Shown: in pieces, positions 1 to 12,434 of the stretch
How the letters are laid out: the number at the start of each line of letters is the position of its first letter
Numbering within the stretch: the stretch's first letter is position 1
From: Sphaeroforma arctica JP610
Taxonomy: Eukaryota
Direction: 5' to 3'
Length of the DNA stretch: 35,062 nt
Assembly: GCF_001186125.1 (NCBI RefSeq)
Contig: NW_014039935.1
Coordinates: 12,986-48,047, forward strand
The notes under the pieces: generated by a model
What the model was told of the DNA's origin: nothing
The model's database searches: none
The model's input: the letters and a program-made list of their open reading frames with translations, nothing else
Program-made: the position numbers and the translations under genes

Positions 1-2116
1 TCTATCTATAAATTAGGCATGTGGTCATGAACACTTAGTACTTCTAGTGAAAATTATTCAATAAAGAACAGCTAGAGGTACGCCCTGTGTGATCGAGGAT
101 ATTTAGGCTCTTAACAAGAGGCAGTCCCGATCATTCTTACACAAGCTACCACTGCTAAATCCTAACTGACTAAATTGTATTTTAGTTTAATATAGTTTGA
201 AACCTAGTAATTTCCATCGAAGTTTACAATAGTCGAATTAACAAAGCGCGCCAAAAAAAAAAGCAGATATTAAAATCGCTCGCTTTTGAGCATCATATTT
301 TATCTTGTACACAAATATTAGATTATACATACACAGATTATGTGCTACTGCGGCTTTATTTTTTTCATGGTTTTACACAACTAGACGAGACCTGAGGAGA
401 ACCTGAGATGACCAAATAGGATGACGAAAAGTCAAGCCTTCGAGGCTAACTCAACGCAGCGGAGAAGTCAGCTGAACTTAAGTCACAGTTAGCAGTTCTA
501 AAGAGAACCTGACATTTGAATACGTTTCTCGTATGTATAGATCAATCACTTACGTGAACATGCGACTAGAGACATCCGTTAGCGTCAACTGAGTGCATTC
601 GTCATAGCAAACCAGGACTGCAAGATTCACATCGTCCGTCTGTGTGCCGGAAATCAGATGCTTATACTAAAATAGCGGAAGCCGTAAAAACTGAAGCTTG
701 AGCAAGGAAAGCAGCTGAAAGCAAGCCGACGGTCGAGCCATCCACACTCATATCAAGTTCTAAAGATCCTACACAGGACTAAAGGAACTGTTGATCATTA
801 GAAGAAACTAATACTATATCACGAAGCTTCCCAGTCTTTAAAAAGACCATTTCAGTTAAGGCCAAGTTCTACTCTGAAAGTTTACACCAGTGCGGGACAC
901 TTTTAAGTCTTATCCCCAACACCCACCAAAGAAAGCCACGAAGTCTTTGCAGAAAGTAAGGTGAATGACTGAACCAATCAACCTGGTGCTAAATTGGTTG
1001 GTTTAGTAATTCAGTTTATTGTATTACTTTAAAGCTGAAACATGTCGCGAGTACTTCGACAGATTCCTGTCTGTATGATTTGGACAACGTACTGTAGATG
1101 GACATTTAGGACCGGACCACGTAGGGCCTTATTATCGAGTATATTTAATTTTCTTTACAATGTCACGTAGCATTATGCTATATAAACTAGTGACGCGCAA
1201 CGTCCTATTCTCTTTCCTATTTCAATTCGTTTCCCAATGCAGCGTAGCATCAAGCTATGATGAAATATTTTTGTCATGCTAGCGCATATATAATGCTTTG
1301 TATATACAGAACAGCGGTGTATCAGATAGTGTAGAAGTTATTTGTATCTTGTGTCTCTATCTGAAAAGACACGTTCAAAATAGACGTATTTTGTTGAATA
1401 ATATGTAATGATAATTTTATATTTCATTCTTTCCTATTGTTCTCTATACTGGAATATTTCTGTTTGTAAATAACATGCATACTACGAAAAATGCAGTATA
1501 TCTATGTGTGTTTTTGTAACACGCGCATACCTCTTATTAGCACTCTCAGCCATCTATGCTGCTGATTAATATTTTCCATCCACCAATACTTACCTTTTTG
1601 TATGTAAACAAACATAACACGCGCACGCGTAAGGTCGCCACCTTGGCCATTCATACCACTGACCAAGGCCATTCTAACCTTGTATCGTCGACTCTGTATT
1701 GCGCGTAGTATTTGATTTGCAATAAGCTGGTAGCCCGTCGGGATCTTCAAAAATAGCAACCAACGCTCCATAAATAGTCGATTGTTGCCAGATCGCCCAG
1801 CAGCAGTGCAAAATGGTGTATCCAAATCGTGAGCCGCTTTCAGTCACAGTGATTCGTTCAACTGTATATTCACGTCCTTGGAGCCAAAGATCGATCTCCT
1901 CGTAGCCACAGTGAATACTCCAACGGCAGCAGCTCCACAGCCTAATAGCCAAAAGCAAAAGTAGATCCCTCTTCAAGTCACCGCAGTTCCTCCAACTGAA
2001 GCTCCACCACCTAGACTAAACGATTGTGTGTATTAAAATGGTCAGTGTTAGAGTACAATGTAGTAGACTTTAAATAAAGCGCAAATGTATATATTTATTT
2101 CTGACCTCATCTTTGA

Positions 2117-2540
2117 TTTTATACCTAAGGTGTTTGTGCTAGTGTTCAGCCGCTTCGGCTGGCCGGGGTAAAAACACATATGGTCAGTATGAGAAACCTT
2201 ATGCAGAACACTTCAACACTTCGATGGTATTCTATTTCGACATCTCTGTAACAAAATCTCACGCTGATCACAAGATGCCTTTCCGCATAGATCATGACTC
2301 ACATAGAACCGCGACTTTTTTTAGAATGTTGCGGTTGGCAGACTTAATCCTCTCTCGGGAGTCGGTTAAGAAATATGATCTGCTCTCGGGAGTCGGTTAA
2401 GTATTAGCTTAGCTCTCGGGAGTAATTTGAGCAACTTGATAATAGCTTTTGGGAGTGACCTAACTCTGATGACTTCTAAAAATCAAAGAGTGTCTCTTGC
2501 TGTAAAATTTGGCCTGAGACCTGTAGTCTCTCAGTCAGCT
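2117..2540. repeat. ~420-bp dispersed direct repeat, copy 1
   Basis: Colinear with 4997-5413 from TTTTATACCTAAGGTGTTTGTGCTAGTGTTCAGCCGCTT to GGCCTGAGACCTGTAGTCTCTCA. Contains four internal CTCTCGGGAGT-like motifs. Confidence 0.92.
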
Positions 2541-4224
2541 ACCATTCTATTTGCCTGGCTGCAAATAACCTATAACCCAAGCACTGTTTCTTTAATTTAG
2601 AATTAACCCTTTGCTGTTGTCTCATAAATATGTCTCAGGACTTTAAAAGAAAAGAAAAGGCAATTTGTGTTGCCTCCTGTTTTAGACTCTTCTACTGTAG
2701 CCTAGAAACGGTAGTCCTGTCCCAAGAATATCACAACGCCTGTCACATCCAATATATATAAAGTAATTTCGACAATATGTCCTTTCGTTGATGTCACCCG
2801 CATATGAATGAGCTCCGTGTGCATGTAATCCTTAGGGTGATACTAACCCTAAAACACTTGTGTTCATAATAGAAATATGTGTTCCATAATACCGTCTCCA
2901 AGATACTTACTAGTTTACAATTGTGTCCAACAACTGCCATCTGTTGTTGCCGTACAGAATTCTGCAAATATACCGACCGATTCACGTCAAATCATAGTCC
3001 ATTAACACAGGCACACCCAGTTACACATATATCGCCCCAGAGCGATAATTTGGCATCGCTCCAGGAGAGTGCATTTAACAACGACATTCTCTTACATATA
3101 TGTCCCATTAATCTGTATGCCATACTTTAATAGTTATTTTTACCTGCGCGAGAGATGAATAGCAGATACGCCTGTACCTTAACTAACCACCGGCCGTCAT
3201 ATTGTTGTAGATGTCGTAGCCGCCAGCACCTCGTAGAATATCATACTTACAGTACCATTATACAACCTAACGACTCTTTTCTGATGACGGTCAAGCCCGA
3301 ACTGCCGTACACCAGCCCAAAAAAACCCCCCAGTTGAAACCGACAGGGGCACAAGTAATACTGCCGTAAAACCGTCTACTTCGCCACTAATCCCAAACCG
3401 CAGCCAGCAGGGGTACTATCGTGCTAGATGTCATTTGAAATTTTGTGGAATTTTCCAAAATTTAAGCTAGTGACTTCTAGTTTTATGTCATGCTGTGCGT
3501 TGATTATTCCTGATTTGCGATACCAGTGGTTACCGACGTAACTTGTGAAATTTTTCGTAAAAACTTGTCACCAACCCTGGTACCAGATATGGTCCCTTGA
3601 TAATCTCTATCTGTTCCCTGGCGATCACAATTTCGACGGGGTATAGCTCGTTCTGCTAAATAAAAATCTTCTATACGACCAACATATGTCGTCCTCGAGT
3701 TCAAATTGATTATGTTTCCGTTTTACACAATATTAGCATTTAGTGTTGCCCTTCGCCACCCATATCATGTTCATGAGCTCCTATACCATGATCAGTGGCT
3801 CGGCTCCGGCCGGCCAAATAAAATGAAGACGTACCATTCGTATAATTGTTAAGTTCGGAACCTATAATTTCGGTTGGCGCTCGAAAAAAAGTCTTGAGCT
3901 TCTATCAATTGCATAGTTCACGTTCATCTAGACTATGCGATCGCATTGAGTCAAGTCAGCCCATTCTATTGAAAATTTCATGATTCTCAAATTAGTAGCC
4001 GAATTAGCAGAATAGCCTCCTTAACTTCTTGCACATGTGCTAGCATCTTTAAGTGGTCTTTCCGCTCGATAACCCCTTCAATGTGTTGTTTGGCCTTCTC
4101 CAGCGTAGAAATAGATTGTTGAGTTTTAGATACTAAACCGTCTAGCGTAGCATGTATCTCTGCCTTAGTTTCTTCATCCGGTGTCGAATCAGAGGAAATT
4201 ATGTTGCCAGCTCATTCGTAAGCA

Positions 4225-4686
4225 ATGGCGATTGCCGATAAATTCCAAGCAGTCGTTTCAACAATTGATATTTGTCCACGTAGTATAGGTTTTGAACTTG
4301 TAAGAGCCTATTTTTAGCACCGCGAATACTCGTGTCCTCGTTGCTTCCTGGTACTAGTATATGCGTTAATACCTGTTAGCACTGGTGGGTAAGTACCCAG
4401 TGTGTCTCTTACTCTTACACTATAAGATTCACCGTTATATACACTGTAAAGATGTCGTTAAGATGGCGATTGCTGATGAATTCCAACAATCGAACACAGA
4501 CGTTCTTGTCTACGTAGTATACGTTTTGAACGTGTAAAAGTCTATTTTATTTTCACCGCGGATACTCGTGTCTTCGTTGCTTCCTGGTACTAACATGTGT
4601 GTTAACACATATTAGCACTGGTGGATAAGTACCCATTAGGTCTCGTGCTCTTTCCTCATAAGATTTATCGTTCTAGACGCTGTATA
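4225..4686. repeat. Diverged tandem duplication, ~238-bp unit x2
   Basis: ATGGCGATTGC at 4225 and 4463; shared ATACTCGTGTCyTCGTTGCTTCCTGGTACTA and TTAGCACTGGTGGrTAAGTACCCA. Confidence 0.9.
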
Positions 4687-4996
4687 AACGAACATTAAAT
4701 TCAGCATCTGAATTGCTAGTATGCGTTGCCATCACTCTAGTGTTCATGGGTTGTCGCATTTCCGTATACGTTAGGGGGGCCAGATCGATAAATCTCCACA
4801 GTTCCCATGTTAGTTATGTAAATATTTGTGCTGGTCCTGGTTGCCATTTCTCCATACAAAGGTAGCAAAAGAATAAGAGTGGTAACCGAGACCATTGTAG
4901 CATAACTTTTTTAATTTTTCTTGTCTTCTGCAAGAATTTTTGTATTCGAAGTAACCAACAGGTCTCGACAATCAGTGTAGGTCGGTGTTTTAGTGG

Positions 4997-5413
4997 TTTT
5001 ATACCTAAGGTGTTTGTGCTAGTGTTCAGCCGCTTGAGGTGGCCAGGGTAAATGCTCATATCGTCAGTACGAGAAACCTTCTGCAGAACACTTTAACACT
5101 TCGATGGTATTTCGACATCTCTGCAACTAAATCTCACGCTGATCACATGATACCTTTCCGCATATATTAAAACTCGCTTAGGAATGCAGCTATTTTTAGA
5201 ATGTAGTGGTTGACAGACTTAATCAACTCTCGGGAGTTGGTTGAGAAACTTAATCTGCTTTCGGTAGTCGGCTAAGTAGTAACTCAACTCTCGGGAGTAA
5301 TTTAAATATCTTAATTAGCTCTCGGGAGTGAGCTAACTCCGATGACTTCTATAAATCAAAGAGGTTTTCTTACTGTAAAATCTGGCCTGAGACCTGTAGT
5401 CTCTCACTCGGCT
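4997..5413. repeat. ~420-bp dispersed direct repeat, copy 2
   Basis: Diverged copy of 2117-2540, offset ~2880 bp. Confidence 0.92.
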
Positions 5414-5499
5414 CAATCAAATCAGAACCGATGACGATGATTCTAAACCAATGAATTTTAGTTTTCCACCTTTTAGTATGGAGTTCTGCTCTTTCTCAG

Positions 5500-5990
5500 T
5501 GCCAGAGAGGGAGCTGCGTGTAGCAAGTTTGATGTACGGAAGCCACATATCATCTATGTAGATATACTGTGTCGCCTCGGGCGTATAGAGTATATTCTCA
5601 CATTGTCTCTCAGAATCGGTGACGCATCTATGTACACCCTGGGTTGAAAACACGGCCCAGTGACCACCCATGACTAAGGTCACGGCGCATGGATAGCGAT
5701 ATTTCTCTTCCGTAAGGCCCATCTCCTGTGCTCGTATACGTGATAGACATATTAACTTATGCATCCATGTAGGAGTCCAACGTTGATAAAAACTGTAGGA
5801 CCGAGACTCTTCCATAAATTTCTTAAACTGGCGGTATAATCAGTTTACTGAAATCAGTAAACCCTTAGGAGGACGCTGTTGTATGAGATTGGATGGTCGA
5901 GCATCCGTGGTTAGTCGTTGTTTCTGTTTTCGGTTTGGCACTGCGAATACTTCATTCACACAGCCAACCTCTCCCTCTGGAAGATATCAA
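5500..5990 (-). pseudogene. Reverse transcriptase pseudogene, DIRS/Ngaro-like (tyrosine-recombinase retrotransposon) type
   Basis: One frame reads VFAVPNRKQKQRLTTDARPSNLIQQRPP, an in-frame TGA, then SFYQRWTPTW, YPCAVTLVMGGHWAVFSTQGVH and YIYIDDMWL. These are RT motifs in the expected order, including YxDD. The first catalytic Asp motif appears lost. Confidence 0.78.
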
Positions 5991-7069
5991 AACATTCATA
6001 TTAAGTTTTTCTTGCTTAGGTATTAAACGAATATGCTCCTCACGAGATCTTTCCCAACTTTGGTATCTGGTAAAACATTTATAGCTCCATCCAACATAAT
6101 AATATGTTTTTATTCTCCAGCAGCATTCTCGCGCCTGGTGAAAGACCATCCAAGGGACTACCTGAACCGGCCACAAACTTTTTCCCCAGTGATAACGAAT
6201 CCGCACACAGCGCCACCGGTGCCGACTACTTACCAATACATCCGATTGCTTCTTAATCCCGAGCGACCCTTTCTTTCAAGTCGGGCCCATTCCCGGGCGC
6301 TCTGAAACACACGTTCAGTGACTCGCTTGTACGCCGCGCTTTCCTCACTTCAACCCCATATTCCTCTTCTTCCAGATAGTTCATCCAATGAGCAGATCAT
6401 ACGATTCTATAAGAATATCTGTGACGACAGCAGGATTTCCTGGCACGTCCGCGTGGCCGCTTCCGTCGTGTTGTATACTGTCGTGCCGGGAGATAATTTT
6501 TATTATTATCATGTTCTGTGTTCTGTATATATGGCATGCTTGCAGGGTTCTGACATATCCCTGATGCCCTGGTTGCTTAAACCCAGCATCCGACCTCAGA
6601 GGGTGGGTTCAACTCCACCTTGGCACCTTTGCCCTTTATTTCCTTTTCCTGGGCCTTGATGTCCTTGACAGGGCTGTTGTCTTTAATCTCCTTCAGGCCT
6701 TTCGTCTGTTTCAACCACTCCTTTCGCATGTGATACTATCAGTCCTTGGTTAGATTGTTCTTCGGCCAAAGCAGCGTAGTCACAGTTGCCCATTTTCATT
6801 GCTCTATGGCAGGCAACTATCCAACCTCAACTGCAGAAAACGGAACTGTCAGTTTGTAGCCCAGTTCGTGTACCTGCAGTTCTATCACTCGAGCCAAACA
6901 TGACATATATTTTTCCAGCCCTCGATTCTCAATTTCCATATTCAAGACCATCTCCGTTGGGCTCATCCATAGCCCTTGGTAGTACTAGCTCTCATCGCCA
7001 TCTTTCCCAATAGCTCAGAAACAAAAAAAAGGGGAGGGGGGGGGGGGGGGGGGGTTCTCTGTCTTCGTT

Positions 7070-7441
7070 NNNNNNNNNNNNNNNNNNNNNNNNNNNNNNN
7101 NNNNNNNNNNNNNNNNNNNNNNNNNNNNNNNNNNNNNNNNNNNNNNNNNNNNNNNNNNNNNNNNNNNNNNNNNNNNNNNNNNNNNNNNNNNNNNNNNNNN
7201 NNNNNNNNNNNNNNNNNNNNNNNNNNNNNNNNNNNNNNNNNNNNNNNNNNNNNNNNNNNNNNNNNNNNNNNNNNNNNNNNNNNNNNNNNNNNNNNNNNNN
7301 NNNNNNNNNNNNNNNNNNNNNNNNNNNNNNNNNNNNNNNNNNNNNNNNNNNNNNNNNNNNNNNNNNNNNNNNNNNNNNNNNNNNNNNNNNNNNNNNNNNN
7401 NNNNNNNNNNNNNNNNNNNNNNNNNNNNNNNNNNNNNNNNN
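7070..7441. other. Assembly gap (others at 19645-19664, 23252-23558, 29908-29927, 31885-32008)
   Basis: Runs of N, each next to a homopolymer, microsatellite or tandem array. Confidence 0.99.
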
Positions 7442-8470
7442 GGGGGGTTGTTCCTGCTGTTTACCTGCTGGGTTGTTAGTGCCGGCAGTTTCACTCTAAT
7501 TCCACGCTTCTCCTATTTGCTGATAGATTTGTATACTTCGGTGTCCGAATCGTCGCTCCTCCAGGTTGTCGCAGACGTTGAGGCCTATCCCCTCCCGCCG
7601 CCGAATTTGCCACGGCTGGCCATTCCTGTCTTGCGGGAGGAAGCATATGGTCCCAACTCAGGATGTTTTAAGGAGTCCATCCGCATCAATTCTTCCATTT
7701 GACCCACGCATCAGCTTTTCCACCGAGTTCAGTCGAGTATACACTGTTACTTCCGCTCGACACTGGTCGTTTCCCGCCTGTTGCGATTCTGAGACGGGGG
7801 TGACTGGTGCTGTCTTGTTTCTCAAATTCCCACACAATCAATTCTTCGGTGCAACCACGGAAAGAGATTTCCGGGGCCGCATTGAATGCAGCCCGGGGTT
7901 GACCCTGAAAGATATGCCCAAAGAGTTAGGTATTTTGGGAACACAATTCAAGAAAACACACATCGTCTCACCTGACACTTGACGGTATCCATTCTGATAA
8001 AAATTGATGTACCACCATAAAATTCCCGCCACTTGTTGTGCGATGGACTCGTCAGTAGTTTCCTAATAAGAAAGCACCTTAATTGCATGTTAATTGCATG
8101 TTTATAGGAGGTAATAGCCAAAAGTCATGCAGTAGCCCAGAGCTCATCTGCAACAAGATTAATTTATTCAACCTGTCTACTGTAGACGTACTTTAGTAAG
8201 CGGTTCCTTTCTCACTTTAGGTGCAGAAAGAGAATATGCCGAATCCGAGCCCCAATGTACCGCTTTTTATACACCAATTGCGATCAAGGCTTGAATTTGG
8301 CCCACTTTTCAAAAATTGTATCAGGTTACTTCGCTGATTGTTAGCAATTATTTTGCAGAAATCTGCAAATGGAATTCTGAAGGAGATCTACTACAGACAT
8401 TAATGGCGGAACGTGTACAGCCTTTCTTATTAAAACACTTGAGTGTCTAGTTTGCGAAGTAGTTGTGCTT

Positions 8471-8639
8471 GAAAAAGAACTTGTCTGTATGTACACATTG
8501 TGATAAATCTGTACTTAGTGATTCCACTAAGTGTTCACTATGGTTATAAACTACCAGAAAAAGAACTTGTATTATGTACACATTTTTATAAATTTGTACC
8601 TAGTGATTCCCCTAAGTGTTCACTATGTTTATAAACTAC
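8471..8639. repeat. Tandem duplication, ~86-bp unit x2
   Basis: GAAAAAGAACTTGT at 8471 and 8557, both ending TTATAAACTAC. Confidence 0.9.
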
Positions 8640-11549
8640 TAATTCTTTGGCATATTTTTATCGAACAACTCTGCAATTAGTATTGTAGAATTTGCTTTTA
8701 AGGCGATTACTTTGAGACGAAAATTTACATACCCGGAAACAATGAATATGCATCTCCAAATTTTATAGTTGAAGAGTGTTCTGATTGGGACTTCTGTGTT
8801 GGCATTGAGCTACTTTGATGCTTTCTCCGGTAACGGCGCGATCTTTCTCGCCCCTTGCCATCATCCTCATCTACGTGTACTTTCGAATCATTTCTTTTCT
8901 GATGTGAACTTTCAAGTTCATATAAGATGTTGGATTGAACACGTGACTATACTTCAGCAGTTAGCGGCTCTACTGCACTTCGCCAAACCTTAATTGAGTA
9001 TACAGAATCTATCAGTCTTTGAAGTATTCGCTTCTTGCATGTCAGCCAATGTATCCACTGATTGACGTGAAGCTCGTGGATACTTTGGTGCCAACACCAT
9101 TCCTTTACCTTTGCTAGGTGAAGAGTGTCAATATTCAGAGACTATGATTTCAGTTTCCTCTGTAGGAGCTCTTTCACCATTTCTCTTTGAGTCTACATCC
9201 ATGGGCTGTTTATTAGCAACTTTTGAACTGGCTGCAACAGTTGTGTTTTTTTAAAAGTTTAAATGCTTCATCTTTAAATCTACTAGCCTAGTCGTAGATC
9301 TGTCTCATATTCAGTGGAAATATCTATTGGATGATCTGAAGCTATAGAAGCTTCATCCGTTGTCATTTTAGACATTGATTCTTTATTATGCGACGTATTT
9401 TTTTTTAAAGCTTTCCCTCTGTCCCTGCGATGCTTGCAAGATTTATTCTTGAGCTTCATTAAGGAATACTTTGGCTACTATTTCTTTTCGCTTAGTTTGT
9501 GGGTAAACCCTATCGGCTTTTGACTCTCGGCATTTTCTTCTTCTTAGGCTTGTCGTTCTCAGAGGGCATGTTGAAGAATGAAGCTACCAATGTTTTATAC
9601 TCAAGTGATATTCAAATATTTGTCTATGTTATCATAGTTAATGTATTGTTTGGTATGTCGATACATGATAGTATCACTTAAGCAACAAAAAGGTATAAAT
9701 GAAAACGCAAGTATAAACTCAAAAAATGTTTTTTTTTCTCTTCTTCTTCACATAAGTGTATTTTCGACATGTCGTCAATATCCCTGCTACCTTTTAAAAG
9801 TAAATTAAATATGTAAACCGACGAAAGAAGGAATAGTAATCGAGATGTAAGACAATTTATTAAAATAGAGTATTAGTACACGATAAAAAAAGTGAGCTTG
9901 CTGCTTACGACTTAAGTTGTATCAAAATGAGACCTTACCTGGTGATGTTCTGCTTTCTTTTATAAATCCAGTTAGATTCTCTTTTTTTAGTCAAAGTTGA
10001 CGGTTGGCACTTTAGGCGCCAAATTAATCTCTATAGAGTAATTCTTTCCTATTCATAGAAAGTCCAAATTATTTTGACTTCTAGTAAAAGGGTTTAATTG
10101 ACTGCTTTTAAAGAAGAAAACGAAAAGTTACTTCCGGTCCCCGTGTTGATGTGGTAGACACTAGGAAAAACATAGTTTATAATTATCAGCTTATAAAAAC
10201 CAAACCCATCAGATTCATCTTTTGAAAGTGAACCATTTTAGTCATTTTATACAGTATCTTATAGAAGGAAAATATATATTTTACAGATGACAAGGCTCAT
10301 ATATAACTTAAAAACTATAATGAGTTATGCATTATTAATATAGAGCTAAAAGCGTTAGCTTAATTGGGGAAGGTTCATAGTGTACTGCTAAATATAACTC
10401 CATCTTCTAACCAACAGTTTGTAACTTCATTCCTATTCACTTGTTCACAACGCTATGCAACATAGCTGCGTGTGCGACACTAATATTTCGAGAAGTCCAC
10501 TATACTAAGGTCTAAGCTCACAAATAATTGTTCAATTTGAACATAGCCCAGTCTGAGACTTTAGTTTAAATTTTCTCAAATACAAGTATCTTTAGCTTCT
10601 TTGTCAAATGTAGAACCATCTCCTCCTGCGTGTCAATGTTATATTGTAAACCTGTTATCTTTATACCTATCGAAAATCACCCATACCTACTACTAAGTCG
10701 GTACAAATCATTTGTATCTTCTGGCTGCTTTTAATACTTATAATTCGTGTTCTACTGCATGTACATTTCATATATTTCGTCTCTGAATGTTTCTGGATGA
10801 CAATTTATACATCGATTATCCCATCAAGACTTTAAATGTAACTTCATCACGCTCGCAAGCTATTGCGAACGTAATTTTCTTGCTACTAGATTCCAATGCT
10901 GAGGCAGACCCTAACGAAGTCGTATACGACAATTGTAAAATAAGTGGCAGTGTCGATGGCATCGGCAAGTTTCTCTACATCTTCAACATTCTTCAGCCGT
11001 GTACACGTTCTTGTTAGCAGGTAATACCTTCGACTGCTTGAGTTATACTGTTTTGGTCCGAGTTACTAGGGGTATTATTATTTATTTCAAAGAAGATAAG
11101 TTACAATGTATGTACATATGGTACGGCTCTCCTAGCCGTTGTAGTGGTTCGGGGACGATCGATGGGAAAAAGTGGTCAGTAAATGCTATTTTGTCGACGA
11201 TGGAGGATGTGCGGGTGCAATAAATCTCGAACATACCGTCGTTGCTACATTTTCTGTTGCTACGACTGCACTTGATGTGGTATTTGTAGTTGAAATTGAT
11301 ACGACTGCATTAGCAACCGAAATCAACACAGGTTGCGGAGTCAGTTCTAGAACGCTCACTGGAGTTGGAGAAGGTAGCGACATCTATTGGTCTACTGGGT
11401 ACCAGCACGCGCTTGCTGGTGGGCACCAGCATGTTGTACTTCCGCACAGTCATATTGATATATGCACTACTTCACCGTCAGCCTTCGTGTCTGTATATGA
11501 AAGCATAGTGATGAATAATATTGTTCCACTTGACATATGAAGAATCGAC

Positions 11550-12093
11550 ATCTGACCTGCATGTTTGTGCGTTCTATCTTTTGTTTCTGTATTCGTTGTA
11601 GATATGTGTATGTCGATGGGTTGATTTTATGACATTATTGCGGTCACAACATTGCCATTAAACAAAAGTGGCGATATTTTGCTGTGTTGAAAGAATACAT
11701 TTTCATTCACTTTAGCGACAAATCACTATAGTTTAGCAACTTAACTGTTTTAGGTTGTCCCATTTATTTCAGTGTAAGTATGAAAATATAAATTAATATC
11801 ATCTGACCTGAATGTTTGTATGTCCCATTTTCTGTTTGTGTGTGTCGATATTGTAGATATATATGCGTCGATATTGTAGATATGTGTGCGTCGATATTGT
11901 AGATATGCGTGCGTCGATATTGAAGCTATGTGTGCGTCGATGGTTTGATGTTATGAAAATTGTGATCACCACATTGCTCCCAAACAGACAGTGGCGGCAT
12001 TCCTGAGATTCGTTAGCTGTTGTGTTGAGAGAATATGCATTTTATTGCTACATTTCCCCTCATTGTAGCGATAAATCACTAAAGCTTTGCGAC
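11550..12093. repeat. Diverged tandem duplication whose second copy has an expanded 23-bp minisatellite (~11843-11940)
   Basis: ATCTGACCTG at ~11550 and 11801. Unit GCGTCGATATTGTAGATATGTGT occurs about four times in copy 2. Confidence 0.8.
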
Positions 12094-12348
12094 ATATGTC
12101 AGTCTTTACACATTTGAAAACTAAAATATAGTAGACTCGTTAAGACTGACCCTAACCCTAGCTCTGCGCACAAGGCAGACTTGATTTTGGGATTTCCTAT
12201 GGGTTAATATTTATCTAGAACTAGACAGAATAAACAGCTCTGGTAGGCTGCAAAGTGTGGAGAAAACTATATACACGGTACAGGGATGGTGAGCAGATAA
12301 ATGTGCCTAGATCGGGTGATGAAAAAAATAAGTCTTCAACATAGGACA

Positions 12349-12359
12349 TAAAATTAAAA
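12349..12359 (-). terminator. RNA polymerase III oligo-T terminator of the tRNA gene
   Basis: TTTTAATTTT begins 3 nt after the discriminator base on the minus strand. Confidence 0.55.
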
Positions 12360-12362
12360 GAT

Positions 12363-12434
12363 TGCCTCCGCATGGGATTGAACCATGGACCTTCACATTA
12401 CGAGTGTGACGCGATACCACTTTGCCACAGAGGA
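12363..12434 (-). tRNA. tRNA-Thr-CGT: tRNA-Thr, anticodon CGT (atypical U1:C72 and A12:C23 mismatches; possibly a pseudogene)
   Basis: Reverse complement is TCCTCTGTGGCAAAGTGGTATCGCGTCACACTCGTAATGTGAAGGTCCATGGTTCAATCCCATGCGGAGGCA. Perfect anticodon stem TCACA/TGTGA with loop CT-CGT-AA; perfect T arm CATGG-TTCAATC-CCATG; A and B boxes present; no intron. Confidence 0.92.

Larger units (their letters stand above)
5417..8030 (-). mobile_element. Decayed retrotransposon remnant (RT plus upstream, possibly gag-like, broken coding sequence)
   Basis: The region 5' of the RT is moderately GC-rich, with stop- and frameshift-broken Lys/Glu-rich reading frames. Boundaries are approximate and the span includes a gap. 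Confidence 0.5.

Noticed and set aside
1502..1990. Minus-strand fragments as RNase H of the DIRS-like element or an SGNH-hydrolase C-terminus (TGYQLIANQILRAI)
   Set aside because: Only a few residues match and no catalytic motif is intact. Probably decayed coding DNA, but unassignable without a profile search.
7029..7054. Poly-G runs (also ~24000 and ~28026) as functional G-quadruplex elements
   Set aside because: Simple homopolymers, one beside a gap; lengths are unreliable and there is no supporting context.
8200..11540. AT-rich stretch with Ser/Thr/Lys-rich broken frames as a gene or named transposon
   Set aside because: Frequent stops in all frames, and no recognisable motif, terminal repeat or consistent exon chain.
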